Shown here one piece after another: positions 21,510-31,003 of a stretch of 64,000 nt of DNA. This DNA is from an uncultured Planctomycetia bacterium (lineage in GTDB: Bacteria > Omnitrophota > Gorgyraeia > Tantalellales > Tantalellaceae). Numbering within the stretch: the stretch's first letter is position 1; the number at the start of each line of letters is the position of its first letter. The position numbers were made by a program, and so were the translations under genes. The notes beneath the pieces are model-generated. The model made no database searches. It was given only the letters and a program-made list of their open reading frames with translations, and was not told the DNA's origin. The DNA lies in the NCBI GenBank assembly GCA_964527765.1, contig CAZGQR010000001.1:182353-246352 (forward strand), in the 5' to 3' direction.

Positions 21510-22620
21510 ACGTATCTCTCGCGGCCTCCGCCATGCGGATCCTTTCAGCGATCGGCGGATGATTATAAAGAAAGATTTTCTTCAGCCGCGAGGGCGCTAC
21601 ATCCGCCAGGTTCGTGGAAGCCAGTTTTCTCATGACCGAAATAAATTCCTCCGGTTTTCCTGTAATGTCCAGCGCGAACCTGTCCGCCTGGCGTTCCAGG
21701 ACCCGCGAGAGGAAGTTTTGTGCCGGCAGCAGGATGATGCCGAAGATGACCGCCAGGAGCACAAGAACGGGAAAAAGATAAAGATCGGACAGCCCCGAGG
21801 CCCCGGTCAGAACAACGATTTTCTTTGCGATGAGAGAAAGGATAAAAAACCCTGCCACGGTCATGGTCCCGGAAAAGATCAGCAGTTGCCACATGTGTCC
21901 GTGCTTGAAATGCCCGAACTCATGGGCGACAACGACCCCGACCTCTTCCGGGGTGAATCCTTCCGTCAATGTATCCGCCAGGACGACCCTGCGTGTTTTT
22001 CCGAGGCCGACCAGCGCGGCATTTGCCTTGCTGGTCTTGCGGCTGAGATCGATCTTGCACACATCCATGAGGCGTATTCCCGCTTTCTTCGCCAGGGCCA
22101 TGATCTTTTCCCTGAGCGAGCTGTCTTCGATCGGGAGATATTTAAAAAATACCGGTATGATCAGCACCGGCAGGAACCGGGCCAGCACTATCGTGAAAAA
22201 GATCCATGCCGCCGCGGCTATGACCCACCAGCCTGCCGGAAAATTACGCAGGACCAGATAAAACACCTGGATACAGGCGATCGACAGCGCAAAGGCGAGT
22301 GCCGCGGACTTGGCCTCGTCAGCAAGCCAGGCCCCGAAACCCTGTCTCGATAGCCCGAAACGCCGCTCCACGAAAAAAGAACCCGCAAGATGAAGCGGGA
22401 AACTCGCGATATACATGAAAACCAGAAACGCGCAAGCAAATAAAAAACAGGCAACATAAAAATTAGAGTGAATATCAAAGACTGTCCGCGAAACAGGGCG
22501 TGACAGGAAAAGTTGAAATATCACAAGCAGGGCGACCGTAAGGATAAGATCTGCCACAAAGATTCGCGACTTTATCGCGGAATACTTCTTCGCCTGAGCC
22601 GAAGTGTATTCCTCGCTCAT
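21496..22620 (-). CDS. membrane M48-family peptidase (HtpX/Ste24-like)
   Basis: 374 aa. Multiple TM helices. HEFGH zinc motif. Confidence 0.75.
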   Translation of the reverse strand: MSEEYTSAQAKKYSAIKSRIFVADLILTVALLVIFQLFLSRPVSRTVFDIHSNFYVACFLFACAFLVFMYIASFPLHLAGSFFVERRFGLSRQGFGAWLADEAKSAALAFALSIACIQVFYLVLRNFPAGWWVIAAAAWIFFTIVLARFLPVLIIPVFFKYLPIEDSSLREKIMALAKKAGIRLMDVCKIDLSRKTSKANAALVGLGKTRRVVLADTLTEGFTPEEVGVVVAHEFGHFKHGHMWQLLIFSGTMTVAGFFILSLIAKKIVVLTGASGLSDLYLFPVLVLLAVIFGIILLPAQNFLSRVLERQADRFALDITGKPEEFISVMRKLASTNLADVAPSRLKKIFLYNHPPIAERIRMAEAARDTYVKR

Positions 22621-24227
22621 GTTCTTGAGTTTATCTCCGCCAATGCTTCTTCTGCCTTTTTTCTGAGACGGGTGGATTCCACCTGTGTAAGTGATTCCAG
22701 GAGCGCTTTTTCGCTACCGCCGCCCATTTTGCCGATGACCTCCACGGAAGCCAGTTTCACCGCCATGTTCCTGTCATTGACATGGACCCTGGCGGTCGAC
22801 AGAGCCTTTTTGCTTTTTCTTTCCCCAAGCGCAATGATCGCCCGGCTGACGATCCTGGGATCGGGATTGTCAGCCGCCTTGACCAATTGCTCGTCGGCGC
22901 CGTCGACCTTCATCTTGCTGATCTTTTCAACCGCCAGCACCCTGACATTGAGATCGGGGTCTGCCATGAGCTTTACCAGCGGCTGGAGGCAATCCTTTGT
23001 GTCGATCTTCGCCAGCGTCCTGACGAGTTCAAGGCGGATACCGGGATCGGCATCCGTCACAAGCCGTGAAAGAGCGAAAACGGCTTCAGCGGATCTAAGG
23101 TCTCCCAAAGCGATGACCGCGACCATGCGCACCCGCGGATCAGGATCGCCGAGGGCGTCAATAAACGAATCTGTTTCATTCTTACCGCCCTGGCCGGTCA
23201 GCGCTTTTACATTATGATACTTGATGTCATCCAGCGCCTGCTGGGCTTTCTGCCTGAGGAGAGTGGATTCAGCGCTTAGAAGAGATTCCAGAAGCTGCCT
23301 TTCGCTTTCGCCGCCTATCTTGCCGATGACCTCCACGGAAGCCAGCTTTACGGACATGTGCTCATCATTCAGATGGGCCTTGGCGACTTCCATGGCCTTA
23401 TCGCTTTTCCTGTTCCCGAGCGCAATGATCGCCCGGCTGGCGATCCTCGGGTCCGGGTTGTTCGCCGCCTTGACCAGGGGGGCGTCGATGCCGTCAAGAC
23501 GCATCCGGCTGATCTCTTCGATCGCCAGCACTCTGACACCTACATCCGGATCCGACATAAGCCACACCAGCGGCTGCAGGCAATCCTGCGTGCCGATCTT
23601 CGCCAGCGCTATGACGAGTTCACGCCGCACGCCGGGATCGACATCTCTCACCATCTGCGATAGATATGGGACTGCCTTCTTCGCCTTGAGATCACCGAGG
23701 GCGATGATCGCGAACAGGCGTACCCGCGGATCATAATCACCGAGAACGGCGATGAACAGGTCCACTTCGTCCTTGGGCTTTAATCTGGCCAGCGCTTTTA
23801 CGGCGTTATACCGGACATTCGGATCGTAATCGTTCAAAAGACTTTTTAACGGCCCGACGGAAGACTGCTTCTCGCCTATCACGCTCAGGGTCCTGGCCGC
23901 GATCTGCCTTACCCTCGGCTTATTGTCGTTCAGCAGGGTAACGACCTCATCCTCCATTGAAGAATCATGGACACTGGCTATGATGTTCAGCGCCGCGATC
24001 TGGACAGAGGCATTGCTTCTATCCTGAAGCGCGGATAACAGGTGCTCGGAAACTTCCGTACCGTAACTTGAAAGCTGCCTCTGGGCGTCCATGGCGCTGC
24101 TTCTGTCGTATAGCTGGGAAACCAGGCGCTTGATCTTATAAGCTTTTCGGTTCGTTGCTGCATGAGACGATAACGGTATACACGCCAGCATGATCGCAAG
24201 CACTGTAACGATCGTTTTCTTGACCAT
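22617..24227 (-). CDS. secreted HEAT/PBS-lyase-repeat protein with internal duplication
   Basis: 536 aa. Signal peptide. Repeated DPDPRVR...AIIALGDL...DCLQPLV blocks. Confidence 0.75.
   Translation of the reverse strand: MVKKTIVTVLAIMLACIPLSSHAATNRKAYKIKRLVSQLYDRSSAMDAQRQLSSYGTEVSEHLLSALQDRSNASVQIAALNIIASVHDSSMEDEVVTLLNDNKPRVRQIAARTLSVIGEKQSSVGPLKSLLNDYDPNVRYNAVKALARLKPKDEVDLFIAVLGDYDPRVRLFAIIALGDLKAKKAVPYLSQMVRDVDPGVRRELVIALAKIGTQDCLQPLVWLMSDPDVGVRVLAIEEISRMRLDGIDAPLVKAANNPDPRIASRAIIALGNRKSDKAMEVAKAHLNDEHMSVKLASVEVIGKIGGESERQLLESLLSAESTLLRQKAQQALDDIKYHNVKALTGQGGKNETDSFIDALGDPDPRVRMVAVIALGDLRSAEAVFALSRLVTDADPGIRLELVRTLAKIDTKDCLQPLVKLMADPDLNVRVLAVEKISKMKVDGADEQLVKAADNPDPRIVSRAIIALGERKSKKALSTARVHVNDRNMAVKLASVEVIGKMGGGSEKALLESLTQVESTRLRKKAEEALAEINSRT
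22640..23820. repeat. tandem duplication (2 x 591 bp) internal to the HEAT-repeat gene
   Basis: Anchors gccgatgacctccacggaagccag (22731 / 23322) and gcaatgatcgcccggctg (22831 / 23422) recur at an exact 591-bp offset. About 75-80% nucleotide identity. Antisense ORFs 22513..23217 and 23221..23736 mirror each other. Confidence 0.7.
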
Positions 24228-24250
24228 TTTATCCCCCGTTCTTGGTTTGC

Positions 24251-24607
24251 TTACTTTTTCTTTGAAGTTTTTTTGCTCTTACCGGCTATATTTATACGCG
24301 ACAGCTTTTTCTTAACTTTTGCGCCTTCTGAGTCTATCCTGAAAAGCTGTTTCTTGTATTTTTCCAGCTCGGGAACATCAAATTCCCCCTTTGCGAGTTT
24401 CCCGGCAACATACTTGCCAAGCTCATGATAAAGTTTTTCCTTCTGCAGGTTCTTCATCTGTATCTCCACATGAGCCTGTGCCACCTTGTACATCTTGGAA
24501 ATGTCATCTTCGGCGATCTTTACCGCTTTTGCCAGCTGTTCGCCCGTTTTCTTCACAACGGGCTGATATTTCTTCATCAGTTTGTCCAGGTCAGTTTTCT
24601 TAACCAT
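24251..24607 (-). CDS. Lys-rich coiled-coil hypothetical protein
   Basis: 118 aa. Low-complexity K-rich tail. Confidence 0.35.
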   Translation of the reverse strand: MVKKTDLDKLMKKYQPVVKKTGEQLAKAVKIAEDDISKMYKVAQAHVEIQMKNLQKEKLYHELGKYVAGKLAKGEFDVPELEKYKKQLFRIDSEGAKVKKKLSRINIAGKSKKTSKKK

Positions 24608-24655
24608 CTTGTCCCCTTTCGTTTTACCCGTGCCTTTACCCCGGATCTTTTCTAA

Positions 24656-25456
24656 TTATCCTTCGTCAAAATAATCTTTCCTGTCATACTTGTATTTGCA
24701 GATCCCCCTCTCGGAAGATTCCACGAACGAAACAAGCCGGGCGATCTCATCCGAATGAAAAGAACCCCTTATCCTGGCAAGGGCATCCTGAGTGGACATC
24801 TCCGAGAGAAACAGTATCTTATACGCCTCTTTTATTTCCTTTATTGTCTCCCGGCTGAACCCGGCCCGCCTGAGACCCACAAGATTTACCCCTCTCACCA
24901 CCGAAGGGCCCCTCACGAGCATATACGGGGGGACGTCCTTGTTCACGCCCGTGAAACCTCCTATCATGACCAATCGGCCTATGCGGCAGAACTGGTGAAA
25001 GACCACGTTCCCGGATATGAAAGTGCCCCTTCCGACCTGCACGTGCCCCGCCAGGAGCGCCCCGTTGGCAATAACAATATCATCTTCTATGACGCAATTG
25101 TGCCCGATATGCGCCTGGACCATCAGAAAATTGTTATCACCTATGACGGTCGCCGAACCTTCGGCGGTACCGCGGTGTATTGTAACGTATTCCCGGATGA
25201 TGTTATTCCTGCCGATCCTCGTAAAGGCCTCCGCTCCTTTATACGAATGATCCTGGGGTTCGTTCCCAATAACCGCTCCGTTGTGGATGACAGTCCCCTC
25301 TCCTATCTCGGTGCCCCTGTATATATACGCATTGGATGCGATCCTGACGCCCGGGTGGATCCGCACCCCTCCCTCAACTATTACGCCGGGTCCGATATCC
25401 GCAGAGGGATCTATTTCGGCAGACTTGTCAATTATGGCCGTCTTATGTATGCCCAT
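24656..25456 (-). CDS. lpxA: acyl-ACP--UDP-GlcNAc O-acyltransferase
   Basis: 266 aa. Hexapeptide-repeat left-handed beta-helix plus LpxA-specific C-terminal helical domain. Confidence 0.85.
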   Translation of the reverse strand: MGIHKTAIIDKSAEIDPSADIGPGVIVEGGVRIHPGVRIASNAYIYRGTEIGEGTVIHNGAVIGNEPQDHSYKGAEAFTRIGRNNIIREYVTIHRGTAEGSATVIGDNNFLMVQAHIGHNCVIEDDIVIANGALLAGHVQVGRGTFISGNVVFHQFCRIGRLVMIGGFTGVNKDVPPYMLVRGPSVVRGVNLVGLRRAGFSRETIKEIKEAYKILFLSEMSTQDALARIRGSFHSDEIARLVSFVESSERGICKYKYDRKDYFDEG

Positions 25457-25852
25457 TTATCTCTGCCCTTTTGCATCGTCCAGCTTATCGACAAGATCGT
25501 TTATCACGTCCGCTATCGGACCGAGGTCATGGTCCCTGCTGATCTGAAGCCTGACGCTGTAATCCCCTTCATCGATCCTCTTTATGTCCTCTTCCAGCCG
25601 TTCCAACGGCGCAACAAACCTGTATGACAGGACAATGGCCCACGTCAGCAGGACAATGAAGACCACGGGCAGGCCTATAACAAGGATGAAATTGATCCTC
25701 TGGATGACCGGCAGAAGATCCCTGGCAATGACATCGGGAAGGGCGATCTGTTCCGCCATGATGGCCAGAATAAGATAATAGAGGCATCCGCCCACGACCA
25801 CCGTGGGGATCACCATCGAAAGTATAAGAATAAACAGATAGCGTGATTGCAA
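25457..25852 (-). CDS. small membrane protein with HAMP-like helical segment
   Basis: 131 aa. Two TM helices followed by an amphipathic helix. Confidence 0.4.
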   Translation of the reverse strand: MQSRYLFILILSMVIPTVVVGGCLYYLILAIMAEQIALPDVIARDLLPVIQRINFILVIGLPVVFIVLLTWAIVLSYRFVAPLERLEEDIKRIDEGDYSVRLQISRDHDLGPIADVINDLVDKLDDAKGQR

Positions 25853-25895
25853 TGACCTATTTAAATACCTGATGATAGCTCCTTCCGTTAAAAAT

Positions 25896-26804
25896 TTACT
25901 GTCCTTCTGTTTTTTCTTCTGCCCCTTCTGTGTCTTTTTTCTTTTCCTCTGCTTTCGGTTCCGGTTCTTTTTTCTTTTCCGGTTCCGACCTGTCCGGCAC
26001 CTCCGGTTTCACCTCTTCCATCACGCCTGTCTCCGGCTCCGGCTCTATCTCTTTCTTTGGCTCCTCCTTCGCTTCGACGGCCGGGACCTGACCGGTTTCC
26101 AGATAACCGATCTCGATATCGCCGTAATATGCCGCCGCATCGGAGCCCGTGCTGTCAGAATCCGTCATGAACGATATTGCCGTCACGTCCTTCTCGAGCT
26201 CTTCCCCGAAAAGATCCCGGAAATCGCTCCTTATGTCCCTCTCCTCGTGCTTCCACTGGTCAGACTCGCCCGATTCCAGGACCAGGAGCTTGACCTTTTT
26301 TGTGTACGGGCTCGGCGCGACAGTTCCCGCGGGAATATCATGCGTCCATACATATTGAATGGCCTTGGCGTTAAGAAAGAACCTGGCGTGAAAAATAACA
26401 TATACCTGGGCTACAAAATCGAACTCGGCCTTTTTGTCCAGGGTCTCCTTCTTTTTTCGGGAAGGGAACTTTTCGGCTTTCCAGTCCCAGCTGATGAAAG
26501 GATTCCTATTGCAGGAAAGGCGCTGCCGGTAAAAAAGCGCCGAAGCGGAGTCACAACTGACGGCCTTCACGCAATCCTTCCCGTCGCACTTTGCCACGCT
26601 GTAATCAGTGCTCTTCTGCGACAGCCGTTTCTCCTGCCATTCGCCGAGGCTTCGGTCGGACGAAAACAAAAAACGTTTTATTGTTTCGCGCCTGGCGGCT
26701 CCGGGCGGCCTTTTAACCGTCAGGAAAACATATATCCCGAGCGTGACTGTGACGACAGCGATGATCAGGGAAATAATAATAAGGAATCTTCGCGGTCGTT
26801 TCAC
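25896..26804 (-). CDS. membrane-anchored hypothetical protein (DUF3047-like) with E/K/P-rich C-terminal tail
   Basis: 302 aa. N-terminal TM anchor. Low-complexity acidic tail EPKKEIEPEPE.... The DUF assignment is tentative. Confidence 0.4.
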   Translation of the reverse strand: MKRPRRFLIIISLIIAVVTVTLGIYVFLTVKRPPGAARRETIKRFLFSSDRSLGEWQEKRLSQKSTDYSVAKCDGKDCVKAVSCDSASALFYRQRLSCNRNPFISWDWKAEKFPSRKKKETLDKKAEFDFVAQVYVIFHARFFLNAKAIQYVWTHDIPAGTVAPSPYTKKVKLLVLESGESDQWKHEERDIRSDFRDLFGEELEKDVTAISFMTDSDSTGSDAAAYYGDIEIGYLETGQVPAVEAKEEPKKEIEPEPETGVMEEVKPEVPDRSEPEKKKEPEPKAEEKKKDTEGAEEKTEGQ

Positions 26805-26819
26805 ATAACTCCCTTGCCG

Positions 26820-27161
26820 CTACACGTTTATTTTCTCGGCCCACTCGCCTATTACGGGCATCTTCCACTTGTTCCCCATGAGCACCTGAACGATCCCCGC
26901 AAGAGAAAGCAGCGCGCAAACAAGTATCCCGAGCGTGTAAATGACCGGGCCGAGTATCGGTATTATCCCTATGATCGCAACGCCTATCTCGACAATAAAA
27001 AGTATGAGGCCCTGACGTACGTGAAACCGCACAAATTCGCCTTCTTTTTTCATCAGGAGCGGGACAAGGCAAAGGATCCACAAGTATGCCAGTATGGCGT
27101 ACGCATTCTCTCCTGAAACGGGCGTCCTGGTCCGGGGCGCTTTCTTTTCTTCTTCCATCAT
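26820..27161 (-). CDS. DUF4870-family small membrane protein
   Basis: 113 aa. YAILAYLWILCLVPLL motif typical of the family. Two TM helices. Confidence 0.55.
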   Translation of the reverse strand: MMEEEKKAPRTRTPVSGENAYAILAYLWILCLVPLLMKKEGEFVRFHVRQGLILFIVEIGVAIIGIIPILGPVIYTLGILVCALLSLAGIVQVLMGNKWKMPVIGEWAEKINV

Positions 27162-27260
27162 CCCTCCTTTTACTGTTTTATGCGCTGAAATATCCTAATA
27201 TTAACTTATATTCTAATGTTTATATATTAAAAGTCAATAGATTACTATCCCGACGGATAA

Positions 27261-27295
27261 AAAACCCCGGTCCGCTTTAAGCGGACCGGGGTTTT
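27261..27295. terminator. intrinsic terminator (perfect 15-bp stem, AAAA/TTTT flanks)
   Basis: AAAACCCCGGTCCGC-TTTAA-GCGGACCGGGGTTTT, 24 nt downstream of the OMP gene stop. Confidence 0.65.
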
Positions 27296-27318
27296 AAAAC
27301 TTCCGAGCTGGATATAAC

Positions 27319-28758
27319 TTAGAAGCTGAGCTTTACGGTACCGACTATGTCGGTAGCGGTGTCCTTATTGGGGCTCTGGAAGTGCTTGCCCGGGAAGAAC
27401 CATGCTGCCAGAAGATTGAAGGATACATCCTCTGTGTAGTCCCAGGTCAGGCTGAGGTCGACTTCGTCGCCGAGATTCTTGTTGCTAAGCGCCGGAGTCC
27501 ACTGCTCCTGAAGCCAGAAATGGCCGTAGAGAGCCTCAAAAGTAAGGCTGTCGGTCGGCTCCACCGAACCTCTTACCAGTATCTGGTGCTGGTTGGTAAA
27601 GGACGGCGAGCTGGCCTGAGCCGTGGCGTAATACACGTTCTGGAACTCTCTGATGGCCGTATCGAACTTGCCTCTGAACATCACGTCCCAGCCCTGGTAA
27701 TCACCGGTTGTGTTGGCATTCATAAGACCCTGATCGTTCTCACCGGAGTAGAAAATATACTCCACACCGAGCACGGGTCTCCAGGCGAAATCATCCTGCC
27801 AGTAACGGCATTCGATCATGGCGTCTATCGCCCAGGCGCTTCTGTCTCTGCCATTAACCTGGCTGTTTATGCCCAGGTATTGACCGCACTGATAGGCCGC
27901 TTCCACGGCGATCGTCCAGTCCTCGATCGGATCGAAGCTGCCGCGGCCGCCGAGCGTGTGGACGCTGTTGTCATCATGGCCGTTCATGCTGGTGATGCTT
28001 GTGCCATTGGCGGTTCCCGGGTTCCTGGACTGTTTCCACCACCAGTAACCTTCCGCTTCCGCGTTGTAAACATCGAACACGTAACCGATGTTCACGCCCC
28101 AGAGGTTCACATCATCATCGGACCTTCTCATATTCTCGCTTATCTTGGCGTACACGCCGTCGATGGTCCAGGGATCATAATCCAGTGTAGCTCTTACGGC
28201 GTCAAAAGAACGGATCGCTGTATATTCCTTTGGATAGATGTTGAACTGAGGATCCTGCAAGTTTGCGCCGATTATGAACCCTTTACCGAACCAGAGATCC
28301 TGACGGCCTATCCTCAGTGTAAGAGGAGAGTACAGGAACTCTTTCAGTTCGATGTAAGCCAAGTCAACATCGAGCTTCAGCTCCATGCTGTCGTTACCTA
28401 TGACTCTGTTCTCCACAATACCGTTGACGGTGATATTTCTTAATTCACCACCGGCGACGCTATTGTACCGCCAGTCACCCCACACTCTCTGGTTGACCAG
28501 TCTGATCACACCGGAAACATTGTCGGTGAGATCGGCGTCGACCTGAACTTCCGCAGTGCTCAGCAGGTAAGTCGCCCAGTCATTCGATTCACCACCGGTA
28601 TTGACTTCCGCATCGTCGCGGTTCAGATCATAATCGCCTCTCGCGAAGGCGCGCAGCGCGATATCGCCGCTTACCTTCACACTCTGCGTTTCGGCATATG
28701 CGACCGCGGAAACCGCGAACACAAGAGCCAGAACGCACAGAACTTTCAAACACTTCAT
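27319..28758 (-). CDS. outer-membrane beta-barrel protein (alginate-export/porin-like)
   Basis: 479 aa. Signal peptide. Alternating amphipathic beta-strand pattern. C-terminal F. Confidence 0.6.
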   Translation of the reverse strand: MKCLKVLCVLALVFAVSAVAYAETQSVKVSGDIALRAFARGDYDLNRDDAEVNTGGESNDWATYLLSTAEVQVDADLTDNVSGVIRLVNQRVWGDWRYNSVAGGELRNITVNGIVENRVIGNDSMELKLDVDLAYIELKEFLYSPLTLRIGRQDLWFGKGFIIGANLQDPQFNIYPKEYTAIRSFDAVRATLDYDPWTIDGVYAKISENMRRSDDDVNLWGVNIGYVFDVYNAEAEGYWWWKQSRNPGTANGTSITSMNGHDDNSVHTLGGRGSFDPIEDWTIAVEAAYQCGQYLGINSQVNGRDRSAWAIDAMIECRYWQDDFAWRPVLGVEYIFYSGENDQGLMNANTTGDYQGWDVMFRGKFDTAIREFQNVYYATAQASSPSFTNQHQILVRGSVEPTDSLTFEALYGHFWLQEQWTPALSNKNLGDEVDLSLTWDYTEDVSFNLLAAWFFPGKHFQSPNKDTATDIVGTVKLSF

Positions 28759-28810
28759 GTTACCTCCTTAAAGGTAATTATTGCTTTCAAACAGTATTTC
28801 AAACGAACAG

Positions 28811-28843
28811 CTTTTCCGCTGTTCTTGTTTTTTCTATATACGT
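28811..28843 (+). terminator. possible plus-strand intrinsic terminator inside the OMP upstream region
   Basis: GAACAGC-ttttccg-GCTGTTC followed by TTGTTTTTTCT. No annotated + gene upstream. Confidence 0.25.
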
Positions 28844-29088
28844 ATCGCCCTGAAAGTTGACAGCTTCTGGCATTTTATCCACCTTTTTTATTTCCTCCCC
28901 CCTTTCTCTGCCGGAATCGAAGCCGCCTCGGCGGTACATGCGATAAAAAGAACATCACGTTATATCTGTAAGCTCTATATTACGGATAGATAGACCTATA
29001 GATATAACTTTTGACAGAAAGTATAGCATGAAAATCCCTGATGTCAAGTCTCGGGCGAACAAAAATTTGATGTTAAAAGAATAGAAAT

Positions 29089-29742
29089 TTAACCTTTCCT
29101 GAGTCTTCCCACGATCTCTTCTGAATTTCGCAGGATGGCCGAGCGGACGTCTTCGGCGTCCGTCAAGGACCGAAGGACCTCGTCTATTCTCTTCGGAGTG
29201 AGGATATCTTCCGGAGAATGCGCATCCGTATTCAAGACCAGTTTGGCTCCCGTTCCGGCCGAGATATCGAAGACGTGCCTGTTCGCATCAGAATGCCCCC
29301 TGCGGGATGTTATCTCGAGATAGACCCCTTTCTCCGCGGCAAGGGACGCATCCTCTTCGGAGATGAATCCCGGATGAGCAAGTATATCCGCGCCGGCCTG
29401 AATAGCGGCGGAGTTGGTCCCGGGAAGCACGGGTTCGACCGGGGATTCGCCGTGTGCGATCACTATCCCGGCGCCTTTCTTTCGCGCGCGCTTTACAAGC
29501 TCGGCGAAGGTCTCCACCGGGACATGCGTGATCTCCACGCCGGGTATCACGAAAATGTCCCAGTACCTGTTCAGCACTTTTGATACCCTGACCAGGCTAT
29601 CAAGCACCGCGTCGATATTCGAATGATCGACATGGTCGGTCAGGGCTATCGCGCTGTGCCCGGCAACGTGCGCGCGCCTTACAAGTTCGCTGGGGATAAG
29701 CTCCCCGTCGCTGAGGATCGTATGGGTGTGCAGGTCTATCAT
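29089..29742 (-). CDS. PHP-domain metal-dependent phosphoesterase
   Basis: 217 aa. N-terminal DLHTHT and further His/Asp metal ligands of the PHP fold. Confidence 0.75.
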   Translation of the reverse strand: MIDLHTHTILSDGELIPSELVRRAHVAGHSAIALTDHVDHSNIDAVLDSLVRVSKVLNRYWDIFVIPGVEITHVPVETFAELVKRARKKGAGIVIAHGESPVEPVLPGTNSAAIQAGADILAHPGFISEEDASLAAEKGVYLEITSRRGHSDANRHVFDISAGTGAKLVLNTDAHSPEDILTPKRIDEVLRSLTDAEDVRSAILRNSEEIVGRLRKG

Positions 29743-29785
29743 CCGCGTCTCCGTGCGTTATTCAAAAACGGCATTCATGTTTTTA

Positions 29786-29948
29786 CAGATCACTGTTTGA
29801 GCTGTTTGGAACGGGGCATCGAAAGGCTGAGCGGGCACGGTTCCCGAAGGCCTGAAAGGCCTGAGGGAGAGCGAAGACTTTCGCTGAGTCCGATTCTCAC
29901 GCTGGGAGAATCGGACGTCCCCGTGAAAAACAGCTCAAACAGTGATCT
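29786..29948 (+). repeat. structured palindromic element, copy 1 (163 bp; candidate ncRNA or MITE-like element)
   Basis: 21-bp terminal inverted repeat (cagatcactgtttgagctgttt ... aaacagctcaaacagtgatctg) enclosing nested hairpins ACGGGG/CCCCGT, GGCCTGAAAGGCC, AGCGAA-GACT-TTCGCT, GTCCGATTCTC/GAGAATCGGAC. About 91% identical in the core to copy 2. Confidence 0.7.
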
Positions 29949-29967
29949 AAAAGATCCAAATCCTGAC

Positions 29968-30228
29968 TTATCTTGTCAGCTTGTTGTATAAAAGGGCGAA
30001 GATCGCGCAGCCGATACCGGCATCAAAAAAACCATAGACCGCGCCTATCACGCTTCCTATCGGGGTAAGCTCGTAGCCGACATAATACGTCTTGCCGATA
30101 TACTGGGCGACGTCTCCGGAAACGCTCAAGGTCCCCGGGAACTGCATGACCCACCATGTGAGAATGAACATGGAGGCCCCCCACAGGATCCCGCCCGCCA
30201 GAGCAAAAGCCCTTACATTCAGTTTCAT
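29968..30228 (-). CDS. small integral membrane protein
   Basis: 86 aa with two predicted TM helices. Chosen over the overlapping out-of-frame 30023..30325 ORF. Confidence 0.4.
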   Translation of the reverse strand: MKLNVRAFALAGGILWGASMFILTWWVMQFPGTLSVSGDVAQYIGKTYYVGYELTPIGSVIGAVYGFFDAGIGCAIFALLYNKLTR

Positions 30229-30337
30229 CTTGTTCTCCTTTCGCTTTTTTTCTAAAGCCGACTGCGGTCAGAGCCCGGGGCGCCGGCCGCTTCCTCATAA
30301 GGTCAAGTATAAGAATATTTCGCAAAAATTCAAGCCC

Positions 30338-30955
30338 TCAGCCTGTCCCCCGAACCCTGAGATCCTCCAGCCAGCTGTTCAATCCCTCGGAAAACCTGGA
30401 GAGTTCCAGTTTTTCCGGCAGACTGTAACTGAGCAGCTTTTCCCTGAACGCCTTTTCCCTTTCGCGGACATCCCCATGAACAGATTCTTCCAGCGGCTTT
30501 ACGGCGTTTATGAGGTCGCTTTTTCCGTCCCAACTTTCGTTCACCGGAAACCCGGCTTTCTTCAGGGGCAGATCCCACGTGGCATCCACCAGGACCCACC
30601 TGTCCTCAATGAACGCTTTGCACGCCAGATGATACGTTACCGGTATCTTGTCCGCCTGTTCTTTCAGCTCCGCAGGATAATCCGCGCCCAGCTCACTCCA
30701 CCTGAACGAATAAGTGCAATATCTGACCGCCACGCCGATCCTCTGGTACATCATTCCCAGCAGGTGATGTTTCGGCACGCAAAACCCCTTATTTCGGAAC
30801 AGCATCTCTCCGGGGCCCTTTTTAAGACTGAAAAGTTCCAGCACTATGGCAAAAGGGATGTCCCTTATTCTCTCGAATATCCTTATCCTGCTCTCTTCGG
30901 GAGGCAACCCTTCAGTCCACTCCTCAAATTTTTTTTCAACTATGTCTTTGTTCAT
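30338..30955 (-). CDS. transglutaminase-like cysteine peptidase superfamily protein
   Basis: 205 aa. The candidate Cys (GFCVPKHH) ... His (YHLACK) ... Asp (VLVDATWD) arrangement resembles the transglutaminase-like core. Moderate confidence. Confidence 0.45.
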   Translation of the reverse strand: MNKDIVEKKFEEWTEGLPPEESRIRIFERIRDIPFAIVLELFSLKKGPGEMLFRNKGFCVPKHHLLGMMYQRIGVAVRYCTYSFRWSELGADYPAELKEQADKIPVTYHLACKAFIEDRWVLVDATWDLPLKKAGFPVNESWDGKSDLINAVKPLEESVHGDVREREKAFREKLLSYSLPEKLELSRFSEGLNSWLEDLRVRGTG

Positions 30956-31003
30956 AGGCCTAAGTTATGAATTATATAGGGGCTAGATAAAGCTATGCTA
31001 AGA

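Noticed and set aside
21253-22353. 366-aa plus-strand ORF
   Set aside because: Antisense to the endonuclease III and HtpX-like genes. Arg-rich low-complexity translation.
22513-23736. Two antisense ORFs (22513..23217, 23221..23736) with similar sequences
   Set aside because: They are mirror artefacts of the 591-bp tandem duplication inside the HEAT-repeat gene, not genes.
25872-27116. 414-aa plus-strand ORF
   Set aside because: Antisense to the DUF3047-like and DUF4870 genes. Composition is dominated by the reverse complement of the E/K/P-rich tail.
30023-30325. 100-aa minus-strand ORF overlapping the 86-aa membrane protein gene out of frame
   Set aside because: Arg-rich, no hydrophobic core. 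The overlapping 29968..30228 frame gives a plausible two-TM protein.
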